Of a DNA stretch of 64,000 bases, positions 49,726 to 60,328 are shown piece after piece. Made by a program: the position numbers and the translations under genes. Source of the DNA: Clostridia bacterium (GTDB lineage: Bacteria > Bacillota > Clostridia > TANB77 > CAG-508); contig JAZUKI010000006.1 in assembly GCA_045643205.1 (NCBI GenBank), positions 1 through 64,000 on the forward strand, written 5' to 3'. Under the pieces are notes generated by a model. That model ran no database searches and was not told where the DNA came from. It saw only the letters and a list, made by a program, of their open reading frames with translations. Positions within the stretch are counted from its first letter, which is position 1; every line of letters starts with the position of its first letter.

Positions 49726-50664
49726 TTAAATATATTTAGCAAATATTGATTCTAATCCTGCTTCAACATTAAACATGAATTTAACTTGTTGCTCTCCATT
49801 TTTATCTACTATATATCCAGTAGCTCCTCCTGATGTAACTTTAATTTTTATTCCATTACTTAATTCAACTGTGTATGTAATTTTTTCATTTGAAAGATCA
49901 ACAACTGTACCATTTAGTTTTACAAAACTAGCTAAAGTACAAATTGTTCTTAGTTCATTTGCATCTACAGTAGTTACAGATCCTTTATTATTAGTAATGA
50001 CAGCTGATTTAACTTCTTCTGCATTAATTGCACTTACTTTCTTTTGTGCTTCTGCATTAACGATTTCTCCAACTTTTTTTAATAGCTCATCTGATAAAAC
50101 TACAGCCATGTTCTTATCATCATGATTATATAATGCATTCTTATCTGAAAAATTAATTTTTTTATTTCCATTAATTACAATTTGTGTGTTGTAATATGAT
50201 GCACTATTTTCATCCATTGCTTTTTCATTTTTATCTAATTGATTACTTTCAATCAAATTTGCTAAAGAACTTAAATTTTCATCCTTGCAATCAATCTCTA
50301 AAACTTCAATAAATTTCATTTGATCTGCAAGTGAAACATCATATCCATATGCATATCTTATTTTTATAGATTTAATTATTGCCTCATTTGCTTTGTTAGT
50401 TAATACTCCTGGTATAGAATTAACTAATTCTTGTAATTGTTGACTTGGTGTTGCATTTGGATCAACAATAGTATTATCTTCACTTGTATTTGTTTCATTT
50501 ATTGTATTTTCTTCAATAGTATTTATACTATTTCCATTATTTTCATTTTCTTTATTGCTATTTTCTTTCATTAAATTAACTGCTATTGCTACTCCAATAA
50601 TCCCTGCTATAACTACTATTATTAAAATAGTTATTATCACAATATCTGTTTTCTTTAACTTCAT
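49726..50664 (-). CDS. hypothetical membrane-anchored extracellular protein
   Basis: N-terminal TM, Asn/Thr-rich linker, no recognised domain. Confidence 0.75.
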   Translation of the reverse strand: MKLKKTDIVIITILIIVVIAGIIGVAIAVNLMKENSNKENENNGNSINTIEENTINETNTSEDNTIVDPNATPSQQLQELVNSIPGVLTNKANEAIIKSIKIRYAYGYDVSLADQMKFIEVLEIDCKDENLSSLANLIESNQLDKNEKAMDENSASYYNTQIVINGNKKINFSDKNALYNHDDKNMAVVLSDELLKKVGEIVNAEAQKKVSAINAEEVKSAVITNNKGSVTTVDANELRTICTLASFVKLNGTVVDLSNEKITYTVELSNGIKIKVTSGGATGYIVDKNGEQQVKFMFNVEAGLESIFAKYI

Positions 50665-50762
50665 TTTATTTTATCCTTTACTATTTATTTTCATTCTATT
50701 TTGCCTTAATTTATTTTGCTTTTACTATTTTCTTTGTTCACTTCTTTTTTCAAATTTAATAT

Positions 50763-53228
50763 TTATTTTCCGTTTACTTCTATCTTGCCATCTTTTTCCG
50801 TAACATTAGCTTTATCAGTTACTTTTCCATCAAGTATTGCCTCTGCAATGCTATCCTCAATCATTGATTGTACTGCTCTTCTTAATGGTCTTGCACCATA
50901 AGCTTCATTAGTTCCTTCTTTTATTACTAAATCTTTAGCCTTATCATCAATTACTAATTTGATATTTTGTTTTTCCATCAACTTGCAAACTTTTTCAATC
51001 ATCAAATCAAGTATTAATCTAATTTTTTCGCTATTTAATTTTTGGAAAACAATTATATCATCAATACGATTTAAGAATTCTGGTTTAAATTCTTTCTTAA
51101 CTTCATCCATTACATTCTTCTTTGTTTCTTCGTATTCTTTTTTAGTATCAACTTTATTATCTCCAAAACCAAGTTTTCTAGTTTCTGTAATTTGTCTAGC
51201 ACCAGCGTTTGAAGTCATAATAATTATAGTATTTTTAAAATTAACCATTCTACCTTGTGAATCAGTTAATCTACCATCATCTAAAACTTGTAATAATAAA
51301 TTCATTACATCTGGATGTGCTTTTTCAACTTCATCAAATAAAACAACAGAATATGGTTGACGTCTAACTTTTTCAGTTAGTTGTCCAGCCTCATCATATC
51401 CAACATATCCTGGAGGTGCACCAATTAATTTTGCTGTACTAAATGATTCCATATACTCAGACATATCAATTCTAATCATTGCATCTTCAGTTCCAAATAA
51501 GCTTTCTGCTAGCGCCTTTGAAAGCTCTGTTTTTCCAACACCTGTAGGACCTAAGAATAAGAATGATCCAATTGGTTTGTTAGGATCTTTTAATCCTAAT
51601 CTACTTCTCTTAATGGCTTTAGCAATTGCTGTAACAGCTTCATCCTGTCCAACAACTCTCTTATGTAAATTATCTTCTAATTTTCTTAGTTTTTCTTCTT
51701 CATCTTCAGATACTTTAGAAACAGGAATTCCTGTCCAAGCTGCAACTACCTCCGCTATATTATCATAACCTAAAGATAGTATTTCTTTGCTTCTTTCATT
51801 TTTCCAATTTTCTTTTAACTCTGCTAAAACTTTTTTCTTACCATTAACTTCGTCTCTAATCTTTGCTGCTTTTTCAAATTCTTGAGCTCTTATTGCTTCT
51901 TCTTTTTCTCTATCTAATTTTTCAATTTCATCTTCATTTTCTTTAAAAGATTCTGGTTCTGTATAGCCACTCATTTTTAATCTTGCAGCAGCTTCATCCA
52001 TAAGGTCAATTGCTTTATCTGGTAAAAATCTGTCATTAATATATCTAGATGACAACTCTACACAAGCTTTAATTGCCTCCTCTGTTATTTTAACATTATG
52101 ATGAGCTTCATATTTATCTCTTAAACCATAAAGTATTTGAAGAGTTTCTTCTTCAGTTGGTTCTTGTACCATAACTTGAGAAAATCTTCTTTCTAATGCT
52201 GCATCTTTTTCAATAAACTTTCTGTATTCCTTTAAAGTTGTTGCACCAATTAATTGAATCTCTCCTCTTGCTAATAATGGTTTTAAAATATTAGCTGCAT
52301 CAACTGCACCTTCTGCTCCACCAGCTCCAACAATAGTATGAATTTCATCAATGAAAAGAATTACATCTCCTGCTTTTTGGACTTCTTTAAGCATCTTCTT
52401 TATTCTTTCTTCGAAATCACCTCTATATTTAGAACCAGCAACCATGCTAGCCATATCAACACCAACAAGTCTTTTATCCTTTAATGTATTAGGAATATCA
52501 CCTGAAACAATTTTTTCTGCTAATCCTTCAATAACTGCAGTCTTACCAACGCCAGGTTCTCCTAATAAACAAGGATTATTCTTTGTACGTCTTGATAAAA
52601 TTTCAACAACTCTTTGGATTTCAGTTTTTCTTCCAATAACAGGATCAAGTTTTCCTTCTGAAGCTTTTTTAGTTAAATCTGTTCCAAATTGATTTAATGT
52701 AGGAGTTGAATTAAAACTTCCATTTGAATTGCTATTTCTTTCATTCTTCTCATCATTTGAATTATCATCATCTTTAGGCTCATCTTCTATTTCTTCATTT
52801 ACAACTTTTATAAGTTCTGTATAAATCTTTTGAGGATTACCATTCAAATTCAAAATAATTCTATTAGCAATACTATCTCCTGCTTTCAATATTCCTAATA
52901 ATAAATGTTCGGTACCTATGTATCTACTTCCCATACTTCTAGAATCAAGATATGCGTTATCTAAAACTCTTTTTGTTCTTGGAGTTGGAGATATTATATC
53001 TTGGTTTTCTATTGGTGAACCTTGTGAATCAATTTCAATTATTTCTTGTTTAATTGCTTCTGCTTCAAGACCTTGCTCTAATAAAATTTTTGAAGCAACG
53101 CCTGTTCCTTCATTTGCTAATCCAAATAAAAGATGCTCTGTTCCTAAAAAATTATGACCTAAATTCATAGCTAAGTCAGCTGCCATTTGAACCGCTTCAG
53201 TTGCCTTTTCTGTAAATTTGTAATTCAT
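50763..53228 (-). CDS. clpC: ATP-dependent Clp protease ATP-binding subunit ClpC
   Basis: Two Clp-N repeats (GTEHLL), GEPGVGKT, UVR/M domain, GPTGVGKT, LGF loop. Confidence 0.97.
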   Translation of the reverse strand: MNYKFTEKATEAVQMAADLAMNLGHNFLGTEHLLFGLANEGTGVASKILLEQGLEAEAIKQEIIEIDSQGSPIENQDIISPTPRTKRVLDNAYLDSRSMGSRYIGTEHLLLGILKAGDSIANRIILNLNGNPQKIYTELIKVVNEEIEDEPKDDDNSNDEKNERNSNSNGSFNSTPTLNQFGTDLTKKASEGKLDPVIGRKTEIQRVVEILSRRTKNNPCLLGEPGVGKTAVIEGLAEKIVSGDIPNTLKDKRLVGVDMASMVAGSKYRGDFEERIKKMLKEVQKAGDVILFIDEIHTIVGAGGAEGAVDAANILKPLLARGEIQLIGATTLKEYRKFIEKDAALERRFSQVMVQEPTEEETLQILYGLRDKYEAHHNVKITEEAIKACVELSSRYINDRFLPDKAIDLMDEAAARLKMSGYTEPESFKENEDEIEKLDREKEEAIRAQEFEKAAKIRDEVNGKKKVLAELKENWKNERSKEILSLGYDNIAEVVAAWTGIPVSKVSEDEEEKLRKLEDNLHKRVVGQDEAVTAIAKAIKRSRLGLKDPNKPIGSFLFLGPTGVGKTELSKALAESLFGTEDAMIRIDMSEYMESFSTAKLIGAPPGYVGYDEAGQLTEKVRRQPYSVVLFDEVEKAHPDVMNLLLQVLDDGRLTDSQGRMVNFKNTIIIMTSNAGARQITETRKLGFGDNKVDTKKEYEETKKNVMDEVKKEFKPEFLNRIDDIIVFQKLNSEKIRLILDLMIEKVCKLMEKQNIKLVIDDKAKDLVIKEGTNEAYGARPLRRAVQSMIEDSIAEAILDGKVTDKANVTEKDGKIEVNGK

Positions 53229-53243
53229 GTTTTCTCCCTTCTT

Positions 53244-54260
53244 TTATTCGCTAATAATTTGCTTGATAACTTTTGCTCTTTCAGTTATTTGTTCTGTTTG
53301 TGTAAGTTTAGTACCTAATCTTTTTTGCAAACTATATGGTTTAACATATAGCATTAATTCTCTAATCTTTTTATCATCTAATTCTTGAATTATTCCTAAA
53401 TCTGTTCCAAGTTTTACTGCTGATATTAAATTTAAAGATTCTTTATACTCTAATCTTCTAGCATATGTAAGAATTCCATAGCTTCTATAAAGTTTATCTT
53501 CAAAATCTAAATCTGTTTTAGCTAAATTTTTTCTAGCGCTTCTTTCTTGGTCAATAATTTTTTGAGTTATTATTTGTAAATTTGAAATGATATCTTGTTC
53601 TGTAATTCCAATAGTTTGGTTATTACTGATTTGATATAAATCACCTTCTGATCTTGTTCCTTCACCATATGCACCAACTATATTCATTCCAAAAGCATTA
53701 ATAACATTTGTTGTTGATTTTATTTTTTTTGTTAAATTTAATCCAGGAAGATGTACTAAAACTGATGCTTTCATACCTGTTCCTAAATTAGTCAATGTAT
53801 TGTTTAAATATCCATATTGTTCATCATAACTGTATGGAACATACTCTTCAATTTTTTTATCTATTTCAATTGCAAGATTCATTAAGTTTACTAAATCAAA
53901 TCCAGAACATAACGTTTGAATTTTAATATGATTTTCTCCATTAATTTCTATGCAAATATTTTCTTCATCATTTATTAAAATTGCACTGCAAGGATTTATG
54001 TTCGTAACGAACTCTTTATCAATTATTCTCTTTTCAAATAAAGACATTTTTGTATCTTCATCTAAAGATTTTACATCAATAAATTTTAATCCATATCCTA
54101 TTGTGTATGATGCATCTTTCATTGCATCATATATTTTTTGTAAATCACTTTTTTTAGCTTTATGTGTAAAAGGAATTCCCTTCACATTTCTTGAGAGTCT
54201 AATTAGTGAACTAAAAACGACATCTGAATCATTGCCATTTTGTAAATACCAACTACCCAT
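53244..54260 (-). CDS. mcsB: McsB protein-arginine kinase homolog (degenerate active site)
   Basis: Synteny; SDVVFSSLIRLSRN, TNLGTG, YGEG, QISNN; several catalytic motifs altered. Confidence 0.88.
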   Translation of the reverse strand: MGSWYLQNGNDSDVVFSSLIRLSRNVKGIPFTHKAKKSDLQKIYDAMKDASYTIGYGLKFIDVKSLDEDTKMSLFEKRIIDKEFVTNINPCSAILINDEENICIEINGENHIKIQTLCSGFDLVNLMNLAIEIDKKIEEYVPYSYDEQYGYLNNTLTNLGTGMKASVLVHLPGLNLTKKIKSTTNVINAFGMNIVGAYGEGTRSEGDLYQISNNQTIGITEQDIISNLQIITQKIIDQERSARKNLAKTDLDFEDKLYRSYGILTYARRLEYKESLNLISAVKLGTDLGIIQELDDKKIRELMLYVKPYSLQKRLGTKLTQTEQITERAKVIKQIISE

Positions 54261-54261
54261 A

Positions 54262-54840
54262 TTAATTCATCTCCTTTAACTCATCTCTTATTTTAGCTGC
54301 ATCTTCATATCTCTCATCCCTAATTGCTTTTTCTAAATCGCTTTCAAGTCTTGCAATTTTTTCTTCTTTGCTTTCCTCCTTTTTAGGCTGAACTTTTGCA
54401 TTTTCTTTTTTATCTTCTTTATTTTTAGAAACATTATCAACAATTAATTTTGCCTCTGTTCCTGGCTTTCTACCTATATGTGTTGATGTTCCATGTAGTT
54501 TCTTTAATAAACTATCAACTGGAGCTTTAAATGTTTTATAACAATCTTCGCATCCAAAATAACCTTCACTTATAAAGTTTTCATAAGTTGTTCCGCATGT
54601 TTCACACTTTAATTGTTTTGTTCCTGAAACTTGTTTCAATCTATCTTTTTCAGAATAATCATTAAAGAAATCTCCTATAAAACTTCTAAAATTTAATAAC
54701 GGATCTGTCATCTCTATCTGTTCTGTTAATCCTAATTTCATTGCACAATCACTACACAATGAAAACTCTTTTTTCTCTCCATTTGTTATTTGTGTATAAT
54801 GAACATTTGCTTCGTTTTTTCCACAGTTTTGACACAACAT
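54262..54840 (-). CDS. mcsA: McsA
   Basis: Four CxxC motifs and C-terminal UVR domain (ERYEDAAKIRD). Confidence 0.93.
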   Translation of the reverse strand: MLCQNCGKNEANVHYTQITNGEKKEFSLCSDCAMKLGLTEQIEMTDPLLNFRSFIGDFFNDYSEKDRLKQVSGTKQLKCETCGTTYENFISEGYFGCEDCYKTFKAPVDSLLKKLHGTSTHIGRKPGTEAKLIVDNVSKNKEDKKENAKVQPKKEESKEEKIARLESDLEKAIRDERYEDAAKIRDELKEMN

Positions 54841-54963
54841 GTTTATTACCTCCTTTTACTAATCAAATTGTTCTTACTTAATTGCATTAATCAGTATTTA
54901 ATTATTAGCTCGCACAAAATTATTATCTCTTATTAAAATTATTAGCTCGTACTAAAACAAAAT

Positions 54964-55419
54964 TTAATTATAGTTTTGTGCTAAAACTAATAACATATTT
55001 TTAAATATTGACGCTCTAACTTTATCTTTAACACCTGCTGAAAGTTTAAGAGCTTTATCATTAGTCGCACTTTTTATTAATCTAGCTTGTGAATTATCAA
55101 TAATTCCCTGACTTAAAAAATTATTAATAATTATTTCTTCTTCTTTTGCAGTTAAGGTTTCATCGATACTTTTAATTATGTGTAAAACATAGTCTCCTTT
55201 AGTCATTCTGGCTTTTTCAATTCTAATAAAACCTCCACCACCTCTTTGACTTTCTACGTAATATCCTTGAGTGGGTGTGAATCTTGTAGCAATAACATAA
55301 TTAATTTGAGAAGGAACACAATTAAAATGATTTGCTAAATCATTTCTTTGAATAATTGCTTCATTTTCTTCATCAAGCATCTCTTTAATAAATTCTTCAA
55401 TTATATCCGATATTCTCAT
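54964..55419 (-). CDS. ctsR: class III heat-shock repressor CtsR
   Basis: ISDIIEEFI, CVPSQINYVI.TRF, RGGGGFIRI. Confidence 0.96.
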   Translation of the reverse strand: MRISDIIEEFIKEMLDEENEAIIQRNDLANHFNCVPSQINYVIATRFTPTQGYYVESQRGGGGFIRIEKARMTKGDYVLHIIKSIDETLTAKEEEIIINNFLSQGIIDNSQARLIKSATNDKALKLSAGVKDKVRASIFKNMLLVLAQNYN

Positions 55420-55464
55420 CCACTCACCTCCTCTTTCCGTAGATTAAAAATCAAATTTACCATT

Positions 55465-55519
55465 TTTGACTTTGACTTTCTTTGACTTTTATTATAATTT
55501 CATTTAATTTTTTTGTCAA
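55465..55519 (-). promoter_or_regulatory. sigma-A promoter with CtsR boxes
   Basis: TTGACA-N17-TATAAT (55519-55491) followed by AGTCAAA-GAA-AGTCAAA and a third overlapping heptamer. Confidence 0.9.
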
Positions 55520-55691
55520 TAAATTTTTAAAAAACATTTTTTAAAATTAGCATTATAAAAGTATTGTTTCCCTATGTTTTTATTTAAATACTGGCTTTTT
55601 AATTGAAAATTACTTGTTTTTCTCTATTGAAAAAACGCAATTTTATCTATATAATACGGGTATAAAATCTTTTATTGAAAGGAGAAAATTA

Positions 55692-56222
55692 ATGAATATT
55701 AACATTACAGAAAAAGATTTTGAATTAACCGATGCAATAAAGGGCTATATTACAGAAAAGGTTAGCAAGCTTCAAAAGAATTTAGGAGAAGATTTTGATG
55801 CAGTTGCTACATTAAAAATTGAAGGAAATCAACAAGTAGCAGAAATCAGAGTTACTGCAGAAGGAGCAATGTATAAAGCTGTTGCAGCTTCTAAAGATTT
55901 ATATGCTTCTATTGATAAAGATATTGATATATTAGAAGGTCAAATCAGAAAACAAAAAACAAAAAATGATAAACAAAACATGACAGAATCAATTAGAGTT
56001 AAAGGTGAAAACCAACTTCAAGATGTTGAAGAAGAAAGTGAAATTATTAAAACAATTTTCTACAGCATTAAACCTCTAACTGAAGAAGATGCAAAATTAA
56101 TTCTAGAATCTGATCCAAAGAATAAATTCTTACCATTTATTGATGCAGATACAAATAAAGTTTGTGTAATCTACAAATTAAAAGATGGAAAGAACTTTGG
56201 TTTATTAGAGCCAGAAGCTTAA
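55692..56222 (+). CDS. hpf: ribosome hibernation promoting factor (long HPF)
   Basis: LTDAIKGY, DLYASID, C-terminal KPLT.EDA and G.FGLLE domain; AGGAG RBS before ATG 55692. Confidence 0.9.
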   Translation: MNINITEKDFELTDAIKGYITEKVSKLQKNLGEDFDAVATLKIEGNQQVAEIRVTAEGAMYKAVAASKDLYASIDKDIDILEGQIRKQKTKNDKQNMTESIRVKGENQLQDVEEESEIIKTIFYSIKPLTEEDAKLILESDPKNKFLPFIDADTNKVCVIYKLKDGKNFGLLEPEA

Positions 56223-56238
56223 TTGAATATTAAAATAT

Positions 56239-56264
56239 CAAGGGAAGAATTTTTCTTCCCTTTT
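56239..56264 (+). terminator. hpf terminator
   Basis: aagggaaga-atttt-tcttccctttt. Confidence 0.75.
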
Positions 56265-56307
56265 GTTATGCCTATTCTAAAGCTTAACAATTAATAAAAT
56301 GGGCAAC

Positions 56308-56345
56308 AAAAAACCTCGTAATTAAATTACGAGGTTTTATTTTTT
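56308..56345. terminator. rpsT terminator (bidirectional)
   Basis: aaaacctcgtaatt-a-aattacgaggtttt. Confidence 0.75.
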
Positions 56346-56347
56346 AA

Positions 56348-56725
56348 TTATTCAGCTTTCTTTGTTGTCTTTTTTGCTGTTGTTTTTTTAGCTGTTGTTG
56401 TTTTCTTTGCTGCTGTTGTCTTTTTTGCAGCTGTTTTCTTAGCTGGTTTTTCTTCAGCAACTTTTGCTGAACCTTTAGCTAATTTAAGATCTAATCTAGA
56501 TTTTCTTCTTGCTGCTGTTTGTTTTGTAATGATTCCTTTTGTTGCTGCTTTATCTAAAGCTTTCTTTGCTGCTGCTAATAATTCATTTACATTTTCTGCA
56601 CCAGCTTCATTAGCTTGTTCGAAACTTTTTATAGCTGTTTTGAATTGAGACTTAATAGCTGTGTTTTGAGCTGTCTTCTTTTCAATAATTTTAACTCTCT
56701 TCTTTGCTGATTTAATGTTTGGCAT
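56348..56725 (-). CDS. rpsT: 30S ribosomal protein S20 with KKTTA tail
   Basis: MPNIKSAKKR, LDKAATKG, AARRKSRL. Confidence 0.96.
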   Translation of the reverse strand: MPNIKSAKKRVKIIEKKTAQNTAIKSQFKTAIKSFEQANEAGAENVNELLAAAKKALDKAATKGIITKQTAARRKSRLDLKLAKGSAKVAEEKPAKKTAAKKTTAAKKTTTAKKTTAKKTTKKAE

Positions 56726-56776
56726 TTTTTGCACCTCCCTCTATTTTATGTTAATTCAACGTGATTTATTATAACA

Positions 56777-58216
56777 CTATTTCTTTAATTCTGTCAAGAA
56801 TAATTCATTTAACATTTGTGGATTTGCTTTACCTTTTGTAGCTTTCATTGCTTGTCCAACTAAAAATCCTAATGCTTTATCCTTTCCAGCTTTAAAATCT
56901 GCAATTGATTGTGGGTTGTTTGCTAACACTTCTTCAACAACCTTCTTGATTTCTCCTTCATCACTGATTTGAACCCAACCATTCTTTTCAATTATATTTT
57001 TTGGAGAATCAGGATTTTCAAATAATTCAGTTACAACTTGTTTTCCAATCTTACTTGAAATTGTTCCATTATCAATTAATGTAACAAGTTCGCCTAATTG
57101 TTCAGCTGTAAATGGAATTTGTTCTGGTTCTAATTCTTTTTCATTTAAAATTCTTGCAACATCTGAAGTTAACCAGTTGCATACTTGTTTATAATTATTG
57201 CATGCTTTTCCAGCTTCTTCAAACATATTTGATAATGATTTTGATGCTGTTAATAAATTTGCATCATGCTCTGAAAGACCTAACTCTTCAATATATCTTC
57301 TCTTTCTGCTTTCCGGCATTTCAGGTAAATTATCTTGAATGTTTTTAATATATTCATCTGATAATCTAATTGCTACTAAATCTGGTTCTGGGAAATATCT
57401 ATAATCTTGAGCATCTTCCTTATCTCTCATAGGGAATGTTCTTCCAGCAATATCATCCCATCTCATTGTTTCTTGAACAATAGCAATTCCATTTTCATTA
57501 TCATTAATTTGTGCATCCTCTTCATAATCAATTGCTCTTTGAATTGATTTGAATGAGTTCATGTTCTTCATTTCATGTCTAATTCCAAATGGTGTTCCTC
57601 TCTTATGAACTGAAACGTTAACGTCAGCTCTTAAAGATCCTTCCTCCATCTTACAATCAGAAACATCAATATATTGAAGAATTGCTTTTAATTTTTTTAA
57701 ATATCTATCAGCTTCTCCTGATGAATTAATATCAGGTTCTGAAACTATTTCAATTAATGGAACTCCAGCTCTATTTAAATCAACTAATGATCCTCCAGAG
57801 AATTCATCATGATTTAATTTTCCTGCATCCTCTTCGATATGAATTCTTAAAATTCTAACCTTTTTTGGATTTCCTTCATCATCTTCAATTTCAATATATC
57901 CATGATTACATAAAGGTTTATCAAATTGTGATATTTGATAAGACTTTGGTAAATCTGGATAAAAATAATTTTTTCTATCATTTTTGCTATCTTGTGAAAT
58001 TTCACAATGTGTTGCAAGTCCTGCTTTAACAGCAAATTCTACAACTCTTTCATTTAACTTAGGAAGAGCTCCTGGCATTGCTGTACAAATTGGACATACA
58101 TGTGTATTTGGATCAGATCCAAATGTTGTAGGACAAGAACAAAATATCTTTGTCTTTGTTGAAAGTTCTGCGTGAACTTCAAGTCCTATGACTGTTTCAT
58201 AATCACTATTTGCCAT
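56777..58216 (-). CDS. gatB: Asp/Glu-tRNA amidotransferase subunit B
   Basis: IGLEVHAEL, RKNYFYPDLPK, EEDAGK, YRYFPEPDL. Confidence 0.98.
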   Translation of the reverse strand: MANSDYETVIGLEVHAELSTKTKIFCSCPTTFGSDPNTHVCPICTAMPGALPKLNERVVEFAVKAGLATHCEISQDSKNDRKNYFYPDLPKSYQISQFDKPLCNHGYIEIEDDEGNPKKVRILRIHIEEDAGKLNHDEFSGGSLVDLNRAGVPLIEIVSEPDINSSGEADRYLKKLKAILQYIDVSDCKMEEGSLRADVNVSVHKRGTPFGIRHEMKNMNSFKSIQRAIDYEEDAQINDNENGIAIVQETMRWDDIAGRTFPMRDKEDAQDYRYFPEPDLVAIRLSDEYIKNIQDNLPEMPESRKRRYIEELGLSEHDANLLTASKSLSNMFEEAGKACNNYKQVCNWLTSDVARILNEKELEPEQIPFTAEQLGELVTLIDNGTISSKIGKQVVTELFENPDSPKNIIEKNGWVQISDEGEIKKVVEEVLANNPQSIADFKAGKDKALGFLVGQAMKATKGKANPQMLNELFLTELKK

Positions 58217-58231
58217 TTCTTTTCCTCCTAA

Positions 58232-59695
58232 TTATTTTTTAAACTCAGCTGCATATGTATCTCTGAATTTTGTTTTTTGTTCATATGCATAAGCTGCATT
58301 ATATATTTTTTCTTCATTAAATCTGTCTGCAATAATTTGCATTCCAATTGGCATTCCATTTGAATCAACTCCACAAGGTAATGACATACCTGGAACTGAT
58401 GCAATGTTAATTGAAACTGTACAAATATCTGCTAAATACATTGCCATTGGATCATCAGTTTTTTCACCAATATTAAATGCTGTAGTTGGTGAAACTGGTG
58501 TAATAAGTACATCATATTTTGCAAAGCATTTATCAAATTGCTCTTTAACATATGTTCTAACTTTTTGTGCTTTCTTATAATATGCATCATAATATCCTGA
58601 TGATAAAACATAAGTACCTAAAATAATTCTTCTCTTAACTTCAGGTCCGAAAGCTTCAGTTCTTGAATTTACATATAATTCTTTTAAGTTCTTAAAATTC
58701 TTTGCTCTATAACCATATCTGATTCCATCGAATCTTCCTAAGTTTGATGAAGCCTCTGCACAAGCAATAATGTAATATGTTGCTAAAGAATATTCAGCTA
58801 CATCTAAATCACATTCTTCAACTTCTGCTCCCATTTCTTTATAAACTTCAATTGCTTCTTTAAGTTTTGCTTTAACCTCTTCATTAATTCCTTCGCCAAA
58901 AAATTGTCTTGGAACACCAATTTTCATTCCTTTAACATCAGTCTTTAATGCTTTAGTATAATCTTTCTTTTCAACATCATATGAAGTTGAATCTTTATCA
59001 TCATGTCCTGCAATAATATTTAATAACATTGCATTATCTCTAACATCCTTAGTTATAGGTCCAATTTGATCAAGTGAAGATGCAAATGCAACTAAACCAA
59101 ATCTTGAAACTAATCCATATGTTGGTTTTAATCCAACGACACCACATAATGATGATGGTTGTCTGATTGATCCACCAGTATCTGAACCTAATGCCCAAGG
59201 TACCATATCAGCTGCAACTGCTGCAGCACTACCGCCTGATGATCCACCAGGAACTTTGTTTAAATCCCATGGATTGTGAGTTACTTTAATTGCTGAGTTT
59301 TCTGTTGAACTTCCCATAGCAAATTCATCCATGTTAAGTTTTCCTAAACTTATAATTTTTTCATCATTTAATTTTTCTATAACTGTTGCGTTATATGGTG
59401 AAACATAATTTTCAAGCATCTTTGAAGAACATGTTGTTTTATCACCTAAAGTATTTAAGTTATCTTTAATTCCAATAGGAATACCTTCATAACTTCCTTC
59501 TGTTCTTCCTTCTTTATCAATCTCTTTTGCTTTTTCTAAAGCTTTGTCTGTTGTTAGTGTAACAAATGCACCAACATCTTTTTCTTTATCTTCTATTCTC
59601 TTAGCATATGCACTAACAATTTCTTCTGAAGTTAATTCTTTTTTATCAAGCTTTTCAATTAATTCGTGCACAGTTAATCTTGTAATGTCTTCCAT
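58232..59695 (-). CDS. gatA: Asp/Glu-tRNA amidotransferase subunit A
   Basis: Amidase signature [26 protein letters not shown]. Confidence 0.98.
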   Translation of the reverse strand: MEDITRLTVHELIEKLDKKELTSEEIVSAYAKRIEDKEKDVGAFVTLTTDKALEKAKEIDKEGRTEGSYEGIPIGIKDNLNTLGDKTTCSSKMLENYVSPYNATVIEKLNDEKIISLGKLNMDEFAMGSSTENSAIKVTHNPWDLNKVPGGSSGGSAAAVAADMVPWALGSDTGGSIRQPSSLCGVVGLKPTYGLVSRFGLVAFASSLDQIGPITKDVRDNAMLLNIIAGHDDKDSTSYDVEKKDYTKALKTDVKGMKIGVPRQFFGEGINEEVKAKLKEAIEVYKEMGAEVEECDLDVAEYSLATYYIIACAEASSNLGRFDGIRYGYRAKNFKNLKELYVNSRTEAFGPEVKRRIILGTYVLSSGYYDAYYKKAQKVRTYVKEQFDKCFAKYDVLITPVSPTTAFNIGEKTDDPMAMYLADICTVSINIASVPGMSLPCGVDSNGMPIGMQIIADRFNEEKIYNAAYAYEQKTKFRDTYAAEFKK

Positions 59696-59712
59696 TTAAT
59701 CTCCTCTCTATG

Positions 59713-60294
59713 TTATTTATTCCAACTTAATAAGTCTTTAAGATAAGTTTGTACCTCTTCTTGTGGCTTAGTGTTGTCCACATTAATAACATTGATTTGT
59801 GGATATTTTTCTTTTATCTCATCAGCCATTTTTAAATATGCATCTTGTTGTGCAACACTACTTCTCTTATCATAGTTAGCATATTTTGTAACAGCTTTTC
59901 CTTCTCTTTCTAATCTTGCATTATATTCTTCAACATCACTTAAATATAATGTTATATAATAAATGTCATAATCCATTTTTGCTAATCTATCTAAATATTC
60001 ATAATACAAATCAGTAAATTCATATTCTTTAAAACCTAATCTACAATAAATCTCCTCTGTAAAAAATGTTCTATCAAATAATAAATTTATATCTAAGTTT
60101 TGCATTGATTCAATATAATTAATTAAGCAATTATACATCTTCTTTGATTTTTCTTTTCCTGTTTGAGTTGCATCTTTTGTACCACTCAAACGATATAAAT
60201 TTGTATAGGGAATAGCAGATCTCAAAAAGTTTGTAATTGTTGTCTTTCCAGCTCCCTGTGGGCCTTCAACTACGATTATTTTTGTTTTTGACAT
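59713..60294 (-). CDS. thymidylate/deoxynucleoside-kinase-like P-loop kinase
   Basis: IVVEGPQGAGKTT Walker A, LLFDR, RLER lid. Confidence 0.8.
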   Translation of the reverse strand: MSKTKIIVVEGPQGAGKTTITNFLRSAIPYTNLYRLSGTKDATQTGKEKSKKMYNCLINYIESMQNLDINLLFDRTFFTEEIYCRLGFKEYEFTDLYYEYLDRLAKMDYDIYYITLYLSDVEEYNARLEREGKAVTKYANYDKRSSVAQQDAYLKMADEIKEKYPQINVINVDNTKPQEEVQTYLKDLLSWNK

Positions 60295-60328
60295 TTATTA
60301 ATCCTCCTTAAACTATTCAATTCTTAAT

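Noticed and set aside
49347-50664. tRNA genes as an integration site for an island
   Set aside because: No integrase and no duplicated tRNA 3' end seen in the window.
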